Origin: a bacterium
GTDB taxonomy: Bacteria > UBA8248
NCBI GenBank assembly: GCA_965203325.1
Contig: OZ241875.1
Span: 1,760,001 to 1,824,000 of the forward strand
DNA length: 64,000 nucleotides
Reading direction: 5' to 3'
Of this stretch, positions 1 to 10,302 are shown one piece after another. Each line of letters opens with the position of its first letter. The first letter of the stretch is position 1. The notes below the pieces were generated by a model that had not been told where the DNA came from, did no database searches, and saw nothing but the letters and a program-made list of their open reading frames with translations. The position numbers were made by a program, and so were the translations under genes.

Positions 1-1048
1 GGGCAGAATCCGGGTTTTGGACGTCCACCTCCACGATGAGCTGGCGCGAACTCGGGTCCACGCTCGGGAAAATCCGCGTCAACTTCCCCGAAAACGTGCG
101 CCCCCGGTAGGCGTCGAGTTCCACCCGCGCGCCCTGGCCTATCCTGATGAGCGGCAGATCCAGTTCGCTCACGCGTACCCGGGCGCGCAGTTCGTCGGTC
201 TGGGCGATGGTGAGCAGATGCGCCCGGTTCACCGCGAGGTCGCCGGGCTCGATTCTTCTCTCGGTGACGACACCCGAAATGGGGGAGCGGACGGTGAAGT
301 ATTCGAGTTCTACATTGAGCCGGCTCACCTGCTGTAGACGCTTGCGCACCTCCGCCCGCGCCATTGTCAGATCCTCGGCGCGCGCGCCGATTTTCACGAG
401 CTTGAGCTTCTCCTGTACAGCGCGTACCCGAGCTGCATCCTCGGCGAGGCGGGCGCGGCGCTCGGCCACGTCCGCGCGGGCGCGATTCGCCTCGGTCGTC
501 ACCTTGCGCCACTCCTGCGCGCTGATGACGCCCGTCTTGTGCAAAGCGCTCAAAGAACGCGCGTTGGCCTCCGCCTCCTCCTGCCTGGCGAGGGCGGAGG
601 TGATTTCCGCCTCGCTTCGTTTGCGCGTTGCCTCAGCCTGTGTGACGGCGGCCGCGGCGGCGGCGATTTCCTCAGGCCTGCTTCCTGATTTCAGTTTATC
701 GAGGTTCGCCCGCGCGGCGGCGAGTTCGCTCTCGGCGAGTCCCAAGTCGATTCGTTTGATGGTGGAATCGAGGCGCGCGAGGATTTGCCCCTTCACGACG
801 CGCGCTCCCTCGCGCACCAGGACTTCCTGCGCCTGGCCCTCGGCGCGGGACATGAGCTTCACCTCGCTTCGGGCCAGGAGCGTGCCCGTGGCCGCAACGC
901 GCCTGCCCAGACGGCCCACGGCGACTTGTTGCACCTGAACCGTGACGATGCGGTTTCTCCGCCCCCTGGGACGGCCCGCGTAGGCGCAGGTGAACTCACC
1001 CGCAACGAAGAACACCATGATGAGCACAGCGGCTGTTTTTACAGACAT
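1..1048 (-). CDS. Efflux RND transporter periplasmic adaptor (HlyD/MFP family), runs off window start
   Basis: Own translation of minus strand from ATG at 1048: N-terminal hydrophobic anchor, lipoyl-like motifs 'VLVREGARVVKGQILARLD' and 'VRSPISGVVTERRIEPGD' flanking a long Ala-rich coiled coil; not in ORF track because it is open at the edge. Confidence 0.85.
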   Translation of the reverse strand, partial: MSVKTAAVLIMVFFVAGEFTCAYAGRPRGRRNRIVTVQVQQVAVGRLGRRVAATGTLLARSEVKLMSRAEGQAQEVLVREGARVVKGQILARLDSTIKRIDLGLAESELAAARANLDKLKSGSRPEEIAAAAAAVTQAEATRKRSEAEITSALARQEEAEANARSLSALHKTGVISAQEWRKVTTEANRARADVAERRARLAEDAARVRAVQEKLKLVKIGARAEDLTMARAEVRKRLQQVSRLNVELEYFTVRSPISGVVTERRIEPGDLAVNRAHLLTIAQTDELRARVRVSELDLPLIRIGQGARVELDAYRGRTFSGKLTRIFPSVDPSSRQLIVEVDVQNPDSA

Positions 1049-1220
1049 CTTCTCGCGGCTCCCGAAAGAGAAACCCCGCGACGAACCATTCACACGGCGG
1101 GTGTTAATACGCGACGCAAACGATCTTATCACAAACCACGGGTGTTCTCTTTTGGACGCAGACGGGTTCCTGGGGGGAGCAAGTTTAGTGGCTGGGTGCG
1201 ATGTGAAAAACCGTTGTTCC

Positions 1221-2417
1221 TCAACAAGACGCCAGCCATTCATCTCCAGGCATGATTCGCCGCATGAATTCATCGAACATGGGCACGGTGAAAGCCGTAT
1301 CGCCGTGACTCGGGCTCCAAATCATACCCTTGTTGATCAGTTGACTGCGAGTGGGCGCCAAAGCTGTGACAGGACGGTTCAGTTTTTGGGCGATGTCCCC
1401 TGAACGATGAGGCCCGGCGCCAAGTTCGGCCATCGCCCGGAGATACTTTTTCTCCGTGGGGGACAGTCTGTCGAACCTGACCAAAAAGAAACTCTGATCA
1501 AGATCTGCGACGATCTGCCGGGTGGCGATTCCAACATCGGAAACCGTGATGGGAGAACGTTCGGCGACGTCCCATACGTGCTTGCCCCATACCTGAAGAA
1601 AATAGGGATAGCACCGAGTCTTGGAGACGATCTCATCAAGAGCGCGAGGCTCTATCTCCACGCCTTCGTCTCTAGCGGGTTTGTCCAGCGCGAGCCTGGC
1701 ATCTTCCGGCGACAATGGCCCTATTTCGGAAAAATCGAGTAGTCGTTCGGCGTAGGATTTCGCCTTTCCCATGCGGCCTCGCACCTGAGGCAATCCCGCC
1801 CCCAGCATGGTCACGGGAAGCCGTCGCTGGGAAATCCGGTGCAATGCAATGATCAAGGCCTCCAGTTGCTCTTTCGGCACGTACTGGAGTTCATCGAAGA
1901 AAAACGCCACGCAGGTTTCATCCGCCCGAGCCGCTGCGCCGATGGCCTCGAACAATTCCTGCAAGTCGCTTTCGAGATTCCCATTGTCCGCCAGCCCGGG
2001 TTCGGGGCTGACGTCCAAACCCACTTCTATATCCCGATAGGTGACTTTCAGGGCTTTCACGAATCCCGCGAGGCCTCTCAAGGCTCGTTGCGCCAGTTCC
2101 TTCGCCGCACTTCTTCGCGAGAGTTTCAGCAAAGCCGTATACAATCGAGGCGCCAAAATAGAGGGCAACGATTGGCTTTCGGGCGCTTCTATCGACAGAA
2201 CGTAGATACCGCTCTTCTCGGCTTGCTCCCGAATGAGGTTCAACAATACGGTTTTGCCGACCCCACGCAACCCGACCAACATGAAGCTCTTGGCCGAGCG
2301 TCCGATTCTAGTCCGCTCCAAAGCGATTTGCGCAGATTCAAGAATCGTATGCCGACCGGCCAACTCCGGCGGCTGAGTACCTGCTCCGGGCGCATATGGA
2401 TTGCGTATCGGATCCAT
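1221..2417 (-). CDS. AAA/STAND-like ATP-binding protein with C-terminal winged-helix domain
   Basis: N-terminal 'NPYAPGAG..PPELAGR', Walker A GLRGVGKT, Walker B FFFDELQ, 'YPYFLQ' motif, C-terminal wHTH-like 'SGDIAQKLNRPVTALAPTRSQLINKGMI'. Confidence 0.8.
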   Translation of the reverse strand: MDPIRNPYAPGAGTQPPELAGRHTILESAQIALERTRIGRSAKSFMLVGLRGVGKTVLLNLIREQAEKSGIYVLSIEAPESQSLPSILAPRLYTALLKLSRRSAAKELAQRALRGLAGFVKALKVTYRDIEVGLDVSPEPGLADNGNLESDLQELFEAIGAAARADETCVAFFFDELQYVPKEQLEALIIALHRISQRRLPVTMLGAGLPQVRGRMGKAKSYAERLLDFSEIGPLSPEDARLALDKPARDEGVEIEPRALDEIVSKTRCYPYFLQVWGKHVWDVAERSPITVSDVGIATRQIVADLDQSFFLVRFDRLSPTEKKYLRAMAELGAGPHRSGDIAQKLNRPVTALAPTRSQLINKGMIWSPSHGDTAFTVPMFDEFMRRIMPGDEWLASC

Positions 2418-2426
2418 GATGGGATG

Positions 2427-2806
2427 AGTTTATATTAAAATTAGCTAATTTACAATTATTTTATAAAATAGCTAATTTCACTATAAATCAAGGAACCCTT
2501 TTCTCAAAGTGTCAATGATCCTGGTGTAGAGATAACCCGGCCCGTCTGCACCCGTATGGATTGTGCGGTGGAGCCTTAGAAATAGTTTATAGCAAAATTA
2601 AAGAGTTTATGATTTTTTTATAAAATAACTAATTTCACTATAATTGAATAATGCCGCTGACGAGGTAGCGACCCCAGAAGCATCTCTCCCATTCCAATCT
2701 ACTTCATGTGTATACGAGTTGGCATAAGGTTCATCAAAGGAATTTATAGGTAAATTAGAGAGTTTATGGTTTTTTTATAAGATAGCTAATCTGGCGATAA
2801 TCAAGG
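2427..2806. repeat. Three imperfect ~65-bp AT-rich direct repeats with exact 157-bp period
   Basis: Units start 2427/2584/2741; core TTTATAA(A/G)ATA(G/A)CTAAT at 2460/2617/2774. Confidence 0.75.
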
Positions 2807-2865
2807 AATATCGGCTAAACTAACCATTCATCCTATCATGGACGCGCGAAAAGAGCGGCGAAGCC

Positions 2866-3735
2866 TCACTGCAAGGTGCGGAACCACTCGGCGATTGCGC
2901 GGCCGATTTCGTCGGGAGAATCCTCCTGGATGAAGTGAATCCCCGGAACGGTCACTTCGGTCTGGTTCGGCCAGGTGCGGCAGAATTCGCGCTGCTCGCC
3001 TACGAGGATGGCGCCGGGTTCTGCATTCACGAACAGCTTGGGAACGGGAGACTCGCTGAGCCAGGCGGCGTAACTGCCCACAATCTCGGTTACATCCGCA
3101 GGCTCGCCCTCAATGGGTATCTCGCGCGGCCATGTGAGGGTCGGGCGGCGGCCTTCCCCGGATTGCTCGAACGGGCGCCGGTACTCGGCCATCTCCTTCT
3201 CGCTGATCTCGCGCCTGATCGAGCCCGGCAGCACGCGCTCGACGAACACGTTCTTCTCGAGAATCATCGACTCCCCACTCTCCGAGCGAAACCCCTGGAA
3301 GACCCGCCGCGACGCTTCGGGCCATTGCGCCCAGGTGAGCGGCTTCACAATGGCTTCCATATAGGCCAGCCCCTTCACGGCATCCCGGTGCCGATTGGCC
3401 CAATCGAAGCCGAGCGCCGAGCCCCAGTCGTGGGTGACGAGCGTGACGCGCTCAGTGACGCCCAACGCCTCCAGAAGCGCGTCGAGATAGCGGCGATGCT
3501 CTATGAAGCGGTAACTGTCCGGGCCGCTGTCTTCGAGTTTCTCGGAATCACCCATGCCAATCAGGTCGGGCGCGATGCAGCGGCCCAGTGAAGCGAGGTG
3601 AGGGATAACCCTGCGCCAAAGGTAAGAGGAGGTCGGGTTACCGTGCAGAAAGACGACCGGCTCGCCCTCGCCGGTCTCGACGCAGGCCATCTTGCGGTCG
3701 AGCACTTCCATGTATTTCTTCTCAGTCCACGGCAA
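2866..3735 (-). CDS. dhaA: Haloalkane dehalogenase (alpha/beta hydrolase, DhaA/LinB type)
   Basis: [11 protein letters not shown], nucleophile motif HDWG, '[10 protein letters not shown]', catalytic His in 'GIHFIQED'. Confidence 0.9.
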   Translation of the reverse strand: MPWTEKKYMEVLDRKMACVETGEGEPVVFLHGNPTSSYLWRRVIPHLASLGRCIAPDLIGMGDSEKLEDSGPDSYRFIEHRRYLDALLEALGVTERVTLVTHDWGSALGFDWANRHRDAVKGLAYMEAIVKPLTWAQWPEASRRVFQGFRSESGESMILEKNVFVERVLPGSIRREISEKEMAEYRRPFEQSGEGRRPTLTWPREIPIEGEPADVTEIVGSYAAWLSESPVPKLFVNAEPGAILVGEQREFCRTWPNQTEVTVPGIHFIQEDSPDEIGRAIAEWFRTLQ

Positions 3736-3860
3736 AGCTGACCTCCTTGTTTTTTCCTCTGCGGGTCATCTTCAGGCTAACGAGTAACGCGCAGGCGCAC
3801 GTCACAAGAGTGTTTCTGTTGCAGCGACTGAGTGGTGGTGTATCGAAGAATCCCGAAAGA

Positions 3861-4844
3861 CTAGCCGCCGATGGAGCTCATGGTGCGCTCGGGCTGGACG
3901 AACTCCTCCTGGCCGATGAGGTGGCCCGGCGTCTTGGTGAGCACCACCTCGGCGAGCCAGGCCTTTATCTCATCATCCGGCGCACCGCCCCTGAGCAGCC
4001 TCTTGACGTCGTGCTCGACCGTGGAGAACAGGCAGGTCCGCACCATTCCGTCCGCCGTGAGGCGGATGCGGTTGCAATCCTGACAGAAAGGCCGCGTGAC
4101 CGAGGCGATGACGCCCACCTCGCCCTTGCCGTCCTTGTAGCGGTAGCGCGTCGCGGGGTCGGAGGGATGCCCGCTCACGAGTTCGAGTTCACCTTCCACC
4201 GACAGGCCTTCGAGAATCTCCTCCGCCGTCAAGACCTTCTCGTGCGCCCAGGTGCGGTCCGCATCGAGCGGCATGTATTCGATGAAGCGAACGACGTGGC
4301 CCGTCTCGCGCGACCATCTGGCGAAGCGCGGCAGTTCCTCCTCGCTCAACCCCTTGACCGCCACCGCGTTGATCTTGATGGGCGAAAAGCCCGCCGCCGC
4401 CGCCGCCTCGATGCCCTCCATCACCTGGCCGAACACGTCGCGGCGCGTCATGAACAGGAATTTGCCCGCGTCCATCGAATCGAGGCTGATGTTCACGCGC
4501 CTCAAGCCCGCCGCGTAGAGGTCTTTCGCCATCTTTGGGAGGAAGACGCCGTTGGTCGTCAGGGCCAGGTCCATGTCAGGCTGCACCGCCACCATCTGCT
4601 CGACAAGGCGGTGCAAGTCCTTGCGAAGGAGCGGTTCGCCTCCGGTCAGGTGATAGCCCGTGAAGCCCAGTTCGGTGGTGATGCGCACGACGCGGGTGAT
4701 CTCCTCGTAGTTGAGAACCTCATCGTGCGGCAGCCACGTCATGCCCTCTTCGGGCATGCAGTAGAAACACCGGAAGTTGCACCGGTCCGTCACCGAGATT
4801 CTCAAGTCATCATGCGCGCGCCCGTAGCGGTCGAATAACGCCAT
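3861..4844 (-). CDS. moaA: GTP 3',8-cyclase (molybdenum cofactor biosynthesis)
   Basis: LRISVTDRCNFRCFYCM radical SAM motif, LTGGEPL, C-terminal CxxCNRxRLTADG..C cluster, ends in IGG. Confidence 0.95.
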   Translation of the reverse strand: MALFDRYGRAHDDLRISVTDRCNFRCFYCMPEEGMTWLPHDEVLNYEEITRVVRITTELGFTGYHLTGGEPLLRKDLHRLVEQMVAVQPDMDLALTTNGVFLPKMAKDLYAAGLRRVNISLDSMDAGKFLFMTRRDVFGQVMEGIEAAAAAGFSPIKINAVAVKGLSEEELPRFARWSRETGHVVRFIEYMPLDADRTWAHEKVLTAEEILEGLSVEGELELVSGHPSDPATRYRYKDGKGEVGVIASVTRPFCQDCNRIRLTADGMVRTCLFSTVEHDVKRLLRGGAPDDEIKAWLAEVVLTKTPGHLIGQEEFVQPERTMSSIGG

Positions 4845-4847
4845 TTT

Positions 4848-6809
4848 CTAGATTTCCTTTGGAGGTGCGGCCATCACCTGGCCGGTCAACGCCGTATTAT
4901 ACCCCCCTAAAGCCTCTACGGCATCCCGAAAAGCCTTGTCGTTCAAAATATCCATCACCTTGCTTATCGCTGGCGTTTCCCAGTGTTCTTTGGGCACGAT
5001 AAAATCAAAACGCTCGCGCTCCAGCGGGATGAAATCGAGGTTCAGCATGTGCGCGGCGGCGAAAATCCCCAGGCCGCAATCCGCCCGTCCGGCCGCCACC
5101 GCCATGGCCACCGCCATGTGCGTGGTCTCCACCCGCTCATAGCCACGGATATCACCGGGCGAAAGGCCCTCGCGCGCCATCAGGTGATCGAGCAGCACCC
5201 GCGTGCCCGCCCCGCTCTGGCGGTTCACGATGACGACATCCTCACGGCCCAGGTCGGCTACGCCCGCAACCTCCTTGGGATTGCCTTTCGGCGTAAGGAT
5301 GCCCTGTTCTCTTTGCACGAAATTCACGACTATGACTTCGCGCCCTTTGAGATAGCGATCGATGTAGTACCAGTTGTACTCCCCGGTCTCGGGGTCGAGC
5401 AGGTGACTGCCCGCGATGTGCGCCTCGCCGTCGCGCACGGCGATGAGGCCCGCCAGCGAACCCACAGCCGAGGCGGAAAGACGCGCGTCGTGGTGGCGCG
5501 CTCTCAACTCATCCGCGAGCAGATCTAGAGCGTTATCATGGCTGCCCGCCATGAGCAGGTTGCCCCGTATATCGGCGAGCGGCCTCAAAAGCTCGACCGC
5601 CACCTCCTCGCCCGTCTCGATCCCCTCCGAATGGGCGGGAACGCGCACCACGCCGTCCGCCTCCACGAGCGAGCTGATAACGCTGGCCCCGCGCTTGGCG
5701 GGCAGGCAGACCATCCGCTCGCCCACCTGTCCGAGTTTCACGCGCAAGAACTCCTCCATCCCGAGCCGCGATGCGCTCTTTCTGCTCATGAAAGCCCTGA
5801 TGCGCTCTTCCTCGCCGGGGGCCGCGCCCGCCATGTGCGCCATGAGCGGACGCACGAACTCCTGGAGCGCCAGCACCGCCGAGACCGGATAGCCCGGAAT
5901 CCCGAGCACGGGCTTGCGCGCGCCCGACGCCGACGCACACACGCCCAGTATCGTGGGCTTGCCGGGGAAGATGGCTACGCCGTGCACGAGGAGCTCTCCC
6001 AGTTTCTCGACGACGGCGGCAGTGTGATCCTCGCGTCCTGCGGATGAGCCCGCATTCACCAGAACGATGTCGGCGCTCTCGAGCGCATCACGAACCGCAG
6101 TCTCGATGGCCTCGAACCTGTCTTCGAGAATCGGGCCGGGGAGCGCTTCTCCCCCCCATTCGGTGATGAAGGCGGACATGACGCTCGAATTGAACTCCAC
6201 CAGATCGCCCGGCTTCAGGTCGGCGCCCGCTTCCACGAGTTCATCTCCCGTGGGGATGACGGCGACCCGCGGACGCCGCCGCACCCACACCCTCGTGACC
6301 CCCGCTGCGAGCAGCGCGCCCAGATCGTAGGGCCTTAAAACGTGCCCCGCCGTAAGGATGAGTTGGCCCTCGACGACGTCTTCTCCCGCCACGCGCACGT
6401 TCTGCCAGGGGGAGAGCGCCGCCTCGACCCGGATGGCGCCGGGAGTCGCCTCGTGCACGTGCTCGATCATGACGACGCAGTCCATCCCCTCGGGCATGGG
6501 GTCGCCCGTGTCGAGGGGGTGGGCCTCCTTGTCCAGCAGGAACTCCTTGGGACTCACGGGCGTGGCGCCCGAGGTTTCCACCGAGGCGAGGGCGTACCCG
6601 TCCATGGCGGCGGCGTGAAAATGAGGACTGGAAACCTGCGCGTAAGCCGCGCGCGCCGTCACACGCCCTAAAGCCTCTGGCGTCGGAACTTCTTCCTCTC
6701 CCAAGCGGAAGTCGCCCACCTTCTCCAGAAGACGCGAGAGCGCCTCTTCGCGCGGGATGTTTTCGAGATAGATTTTCCGGCCGCCCTGGGCCAAAGGCAA
6801 ATCGTTCAT
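4848..6809 (-). CDS. moeA: Molybdopterin molybdotransferase MoeA fused to C-terminal periplasmic-binding-fold (PBP) domain
   Basis: AAMDGYA, TGDEL, GSSAGRED, PGKP, PGYPVS; C-terminal GSHD...GSLAGL...NRQSGAGTR PBP domain. Confidence 0.9.
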   Translation of the reverse strand: MNDLPLAQGGRKIYLENIPREEALSRLLEKVGDFRLGEEEVPTPEALGRVTARAAYAQVSSPHFHAAAMDGYALASVETSGATPVSPKEFLLDKEAHPLDTGDPMPEGMDCVVMIEHVHEATPGAIRVEAALSPWQNVRVAGEDVVEGQLILTAGHVLRPYDLGALLAAGVTRVWVRRRPRVAVIPTGDELVEAGADLKPGDLVEFNSSVMSAFITEWGGEALPGPILEDRFEAIETAVRDALESADIVLVNAGSSAGREDHTAAVVEKLGELLVHGVAIFPGKPTILGVCASASGARKPVLGIPGYPVSAVLALQEFVRPLMAHMAGAAPGEEERIRAFMSRKSASRLGMEEFLRVKLGQVGERMVCLPAKRGASVISSLVEADGVVRVPAHSEGIETGEEVAVELLRPLADIRGNLLMAGSHDNALDLLADELRARHHDARLSASAVGSLAGLIAVRDGEAHIAGSHLLDPETGEYNWYYIDRYLKGREVIVVNFVQREQGILTPKGNPKEVAGVADLGREDVVIVNRQSGAGTRVLLDHLMAREGLSPGDIRGYERVETTHMAVAMAVAAGRADCGLGIFAAAHMLNLDFIPLERERFDFIVPKEHWETPAISKVMDILNDKAFRDAVEALGGYNTALTGQVMAAPPKEI

Positions 6810-6852
6810 TCGCTATACCTGTTTCGATGAGAAAAACCGCTTCGAGGCGCGC

Positions 6853-8094
6853 TCAATAAAGATGCACGCGCACCTGCGTTCCCTCGCGCAGCCCCTCGGC
6901 TTCCAGCGGAATCGTGATGTAGCCGTCCGCCTTCGTCATGGTCGATATCATCGCGGAACTGCCCATGAGGGGATGGGCGAGCCGTCCATTCTCGCCCTCT
7001 TCCACCGCGACGCGGACCAAATCCTCGCGCCCGGGAGCGGAGGCCACGTTCCTCGACAGGGTGGCTGCAAGACCTTCCCTCTCCACATCGGGACGGGCTA
7101 CCTCCCCACTCAACTGCCTGATGACGGGCCGCACGAAAGCATGAAAGATCATGAGCGCTGATACCGGATGCCCCGGAATCCCGATGACGGCCTTATCTTC
7201 GCCGTCTCTCTCAATCCGGCCGATGATGGTCGGCTTGCCGGGCTTTATCGAGATGCCGTGCACCAGAACGCCCGGTTCTCCCAGAGAGTCGATGGCCTCG
7301 ACCGTATAGTCGCGAAGGCCCATGGAGCTTCCGCCCGAGATGAGCACGACGTCCGCGCGACTGACCGCTTGATGGAGGCGTTCTTTGATGATTGCGAGAT
7401 CATCGGGGAGGATGTCTTCGGTCTCGGGCTCCCCTCCCGCCTCGGTCACCCCCGCCGCGAGCGAGAAGCGGTTGATGTCGCGCACCTGGCCCGCGCGCGG
7501 CGTCTCGCGCGGGTCAACCAATTCATCGCCCGTAGGCAGTATCGCCACCCTGGGGCGGCGATGGACTTCCACCGACGTGACCCCCACGCCCGCGAGCGCG
7601 CCGACGTCCTGGCTTCTGAGACGAGCGCCCGCCCCAAGAATCAACTCGCTTTCTTTCATGTCATCGCCAACGCCAAGGACGTTCTCACCCACGGCAGCGG
7701 GGCGTCTGACCTCCAAAGTCTTCTCATCAGGAGCGGTAGTGAACTCCTCCATCACCACCGCGTCGGCGCCTTCCGGCACCATGCCGCCCGTCAGGATGCG
7801 CGCCGCCTCGCCCCGGCTCACCGAAAAGTCGGGCGCCGCCCCCATCGGCACCTGGCCGATGACGTCGAGATAGGCGGGAATGGCCTCGCTCGCACCGAAG
7901 GAATCCGAAGCCCGGAGCGCGTAGCCGTCCATCGTGGCGCGCGGGAAATCGGGCAGGTCGACGGGCGAGTGAACATCTTCGGCCAAGACACGGCCCACGG
8001 CGTCAAAAGAAGAAACGCGCTCCGCCCCCAAGGCGCGGAATCCCTGAAGTGCCTCTTTCGCTTCTTCGGGGGATACGACCTTGAAGAATTCCAT
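6853..8094 (-). CDS. moeA: Molybdopterin molybdotransferase MoeA (gephyrin-like)
   Basis: ATMDGYA, ILTGG, TGDEL, SGGSSMG, KPGKP, PGHPVS. Confidence 0.92.
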   Translation of the reverse strand: MEFFKVVSPEEAKEALQGFRALGAERVSSFDAVGRVLAEDVHSPVDLPDFPRATMDGYALRASDSFGASEAIPAYLDVIGQVPMGAAPDFSVSRGEAARILTGGMVPEGADAVVMEEFTTAPDEKTLEVRRPAAVGENVLGVGDDMKESELILGAGARLRSQDVGALAGVGVTSVEVHRRPRVAILPTGDELVDPRETPRAGQVRDINRFSLAAGVTEAGGEPETEDILPDDLAIIKERLHQAVSRADVVLISGGSSMGLRDYTVEAIDSLGEPGVLVHGISIKPGKPTIIGRIERDGEDKAVIGIPGHPVSALMIFHAFVRPVIRQLSGEVARPDVEREGLAATLSRNVASAPGREDLVRVAVEEGENGRLAHPLMGSSAMISTMTKADGYITIPLEAEGLREGTQVRVHLY

Positions 8095-8127
8095 CGGGCT
8101 TCTCCGTCTTCAAAATGAAAAAACCAA

Positions 8128-8332
8128 CCGCTGCGCGCGCAGGGCTGGCCGCAAAATTCGGAGTCGTTCAGGGGAGTTCGCCCGGCATCCCCTGTAAGGC
8201 GAAAGACCGCGCTGCCCCTCACGGCCTGTTTCCCGCAACGATGTAAAGGCGCGGCTGCGTAATCGCCTTCATTGAGAAACGACCAGCCGCGACGAGGAGC
8301 GCCAAGCCTCGAAACTCAGGCGCGGACAGCGG
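8128..8332 (-). ncRNA. Candidate structured RNA / cis-regulatory leader upstream of moeA-moeA-moaA (unassigned family)
   Basis: Nested complementary pairs: CCGCTG/CAGCGG, GGCTGG/CCAGCC, GTCGTT/AACGAC, AAGGCGA/TCGCCTT, CCGCGC/GCGCGG, hairpin CAGGGGA..TCCCCTG; strand assumed from the flanking genes. Confidence 0.3.
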
Positions 8333-8343
8333 CGAGCCGGCTT

Positions 8344-8544
8344 TTAGCCCTTCTCGCCCTCTCCGGTGGCGGACGCCTCTTTCTTGTCGGGCAGTTCCGG
8401 GTCGTCGCTCATCCCCTTCTTGAAGCTCTTGATGCCGCGAGCGAGGCCCGAGCCGATCTCGGGCAGGCGCTTCGCGCCGAAGACCAGCACGCATATCGCG
8501 AGAATCACCAATAGCTCGGGAATGCCCATATTCATCGGAAACAT
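8344..8544 (-). CDS. tatA: Twin-arginine translocase subunit TatA/E
   Basis: [38 protein letters not shown]; start chosen at MFPMNMG. Confidence 0.93.
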   Translation of the reverse strand: MFPMNMGIPELLVILAICVLVFGAKRLPEIGSGLARGIKSFKKGMSDDPELPDKKEASATGEGEKG

Positions 8545-8569
8545 CGGTAAAACTCCTATGGATGACCGA

Positions 8570-9751
8570 TCAGGAAGCCGCGTCCGCGTAGACCTGCGAA
8601 GCGGCTCCGACACCATCTCCAGCCTTTGTAATATACCCCAATTTGGAGAAAATTACCTCCAGCGCCGAAAGAAGGTAGACCACGTTCGCCTGGGTGGCCC
8701 CGTGGCCCATCATGCCGACCCGCCATATCTTGCCGGCCACCGCGCCCAGTCCGCCGCCGATCTCGATGTTGAAATCGTTGAGCAGGCTCTTGCGAACGGC
8801 GCCGTCGTCCATGCCGTCTTGAAGAACGACTGTATTGAGCGTGGGCGTGCGCGCGCCTTCCTGGGCGAACATGGAAAGCCCGAGCGCTTCCACACCCGCC
8901 TGGAGCGCCTTGCTCGCCAGGGCGTGCCTCGCAAAGCGCGCTTCCAGGCCTTCCTCGAAGATGATACGGAGCGCTTCTCTGATCGCGTAGTTCATGGAAA
9001 TCGGGCCGGTATGGTGATAGACGCGCTCGTTGCCCCAGTATTTCTCAACCATGCTCACGTCGAAATACCAGCTCGTGACCTTGGATTTGCGCTCGCGCAC
9101 CTTGCCGAGCGCACGCTCGCTGAAGGTGATGGGCGCGACGCCCGGCGGACAGGCCAGGCACTTCTGCGTGCCGCTGTAGGCGACCTCCACCCCCCATTTG
9201 TCGAGTTCCACGGGCACGCCGCCCAGGGAGGTGACGCAATCGAGCAGCAAGAGCGCGCCGTGCTCGCGGCACATCGCGCCGATCTCTTCCATCGGCTGGA
9301 GAACACCCGTGCTGGTCTCCGCATGGACGAGCCCCACCATCACGGCGTCAGCATTGGCGTCGAGGGCGGCCTTCACGTCCTGGGGGTCGATGGGCTGCCC
9401 CCAGGGGGCTTCCACGGTGACGACGTCCGCCCCGTAGCGCGACGCCACGTCGCTCATGCGTCCGCCGAACACGCCGTTCACGCAGATGATGGCCTTATCG
9501 CCCGGCTCGATGATGTTGCAGACAGACGCTTCCATCGCCGCGCTTCCCGTGCCCGATACCGGGAACGTCACCTGGTTTTCGGTGTTGAACAGATCGCGCA
9601 GCATCGTTTGGCAGTCGTCCATGACCGACAGGAAATCAGGGTCCAGATGGCCCACCACATGGGTGCTCATGGCTTTCAGGATTCTCGGGTGAACCGGGCT
9701 CGGCCCCGGCCCCAGCAGCAAACGCAGATGCGGATTCAGCTCTTCAGACAA
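8570..9751 (-). CDS. Alanine-glyoxylate / serine-pyruvate aminotransferase family (class V PLP enzyme)
   Basis: [32 protein letters not shown] lysine in SGTQKCL; probable TTG start at 9751. Confidence 0.9.
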   Translation of the reverse strand: MSEELNPHLRLLLGPGPSPVHPRILKAMSTHVVGHLDPDFLSVMDDCQTMLRDLFNTENQVTFPVSGTGSAAMEASVCNIIEPGDKAIICVNGVFGGRMSDVASRYGADVVTVEAPWGQPIDPQDVKAALDANADAVMVGLVHAETSTGVLQPMEEIGAMCREHGALLLLDCVTSLGGVPVELDKWGVEVAYSGTQKCLACPPGVAPITFSERALGKVRERKSKVTSWYFDVSMVEKYWGNERVYHHTGPISMNYAIREALRIIFEEGLEARFARHALASKALQAGVEALGLSMFAQEGARTPTLNTVVLQDGMDDGAVRKSLLNDFNIEIGGGLGAVAGKIWRVGMMGHGATQANVVYLLSALEVIFSKLGYITKAGDGVGAASQVYADAAS

Positions 9752-10023
9752 GACTTTTCCCTCGCTCGAATCAGGTGTTTGGAATGGATGAGAAGCCTTT
9801 GACCTTCGCACTAAGCCCCTCGTTCCTAAATACGACCGCGAGATACTACCACACGCCCCGAGGGCCGCAAAGGGTGTGGGGGTGCTGTTTTTTCTAAAAG
9901 AGGCGGGATGCAACAAACAATTCAAACCAGAAGAGTTGACAGGTGTTCTTCTGAGAACCCAGTATGGGGTTGGGTAACCGGCATACAATCTGGAAGAAAT
10001 GAAAACTTTATGGGGAAAAAACG

Positions 10024-10260
10024 ATGACCGAATTCGAAGTAGCGACCTTGGAACTACAAAGAGCAATGCTCACGGCGCAATACGCCGCCGTATGGATGGC
10101 CGGCGCGGTGGGTTTTGCGCAGTGCGCGCTCATCGGCTTGGGTCTTTTTTTCATGCGTCGCGCTGCGATCGCGCGGGACAAGGCGCTGGACATACTCATG
10201 AAGCGAGCGGAGGAGGACAGCCTCGCGCTGCGAACCCTCATCGAACGAACGAGTAAATAG
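10024..10260 (+). CDS. Small hypothetical membrane protein (one or two TM helices plus short coiled coil)
   Basis: ATG with purine-rich upstream sequence, hydrophobic stretch then 'DSLALRTLIERT'; fills an intergenic gap. Confidence 0.55.
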   Translation: MTEFEVATLELQRAMLTAQYAAVWMAGAVGFAQCALIGLGLFFMRRAAIARDKALDILMKRAEEDSLALRTLIERTSK

Positions 10261-10302
10261 AAGCGACTAAATCGCCCAACCAGTAATTCCGATGAGTGTC
10301 CC

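Noticed and set aside
2427..2806. CRISPR array interpretation of the 157-bp periodic repeats
   Set aside because: Repeats too long and degenerate, spacers ~90 bp, only three units, no cas genes in the window
8128..8332. Moco/Tuco riboswitch, SRP RNA or 6S RNA
   Set aside because: Moco hallmarks (CCUAA, GCCUCC, GAAAGG) not found; the CAGG-CC-GUGA-GG-GGCAGC segment only loosely resembles SRP helix 8; overall shape is not a 6S rod
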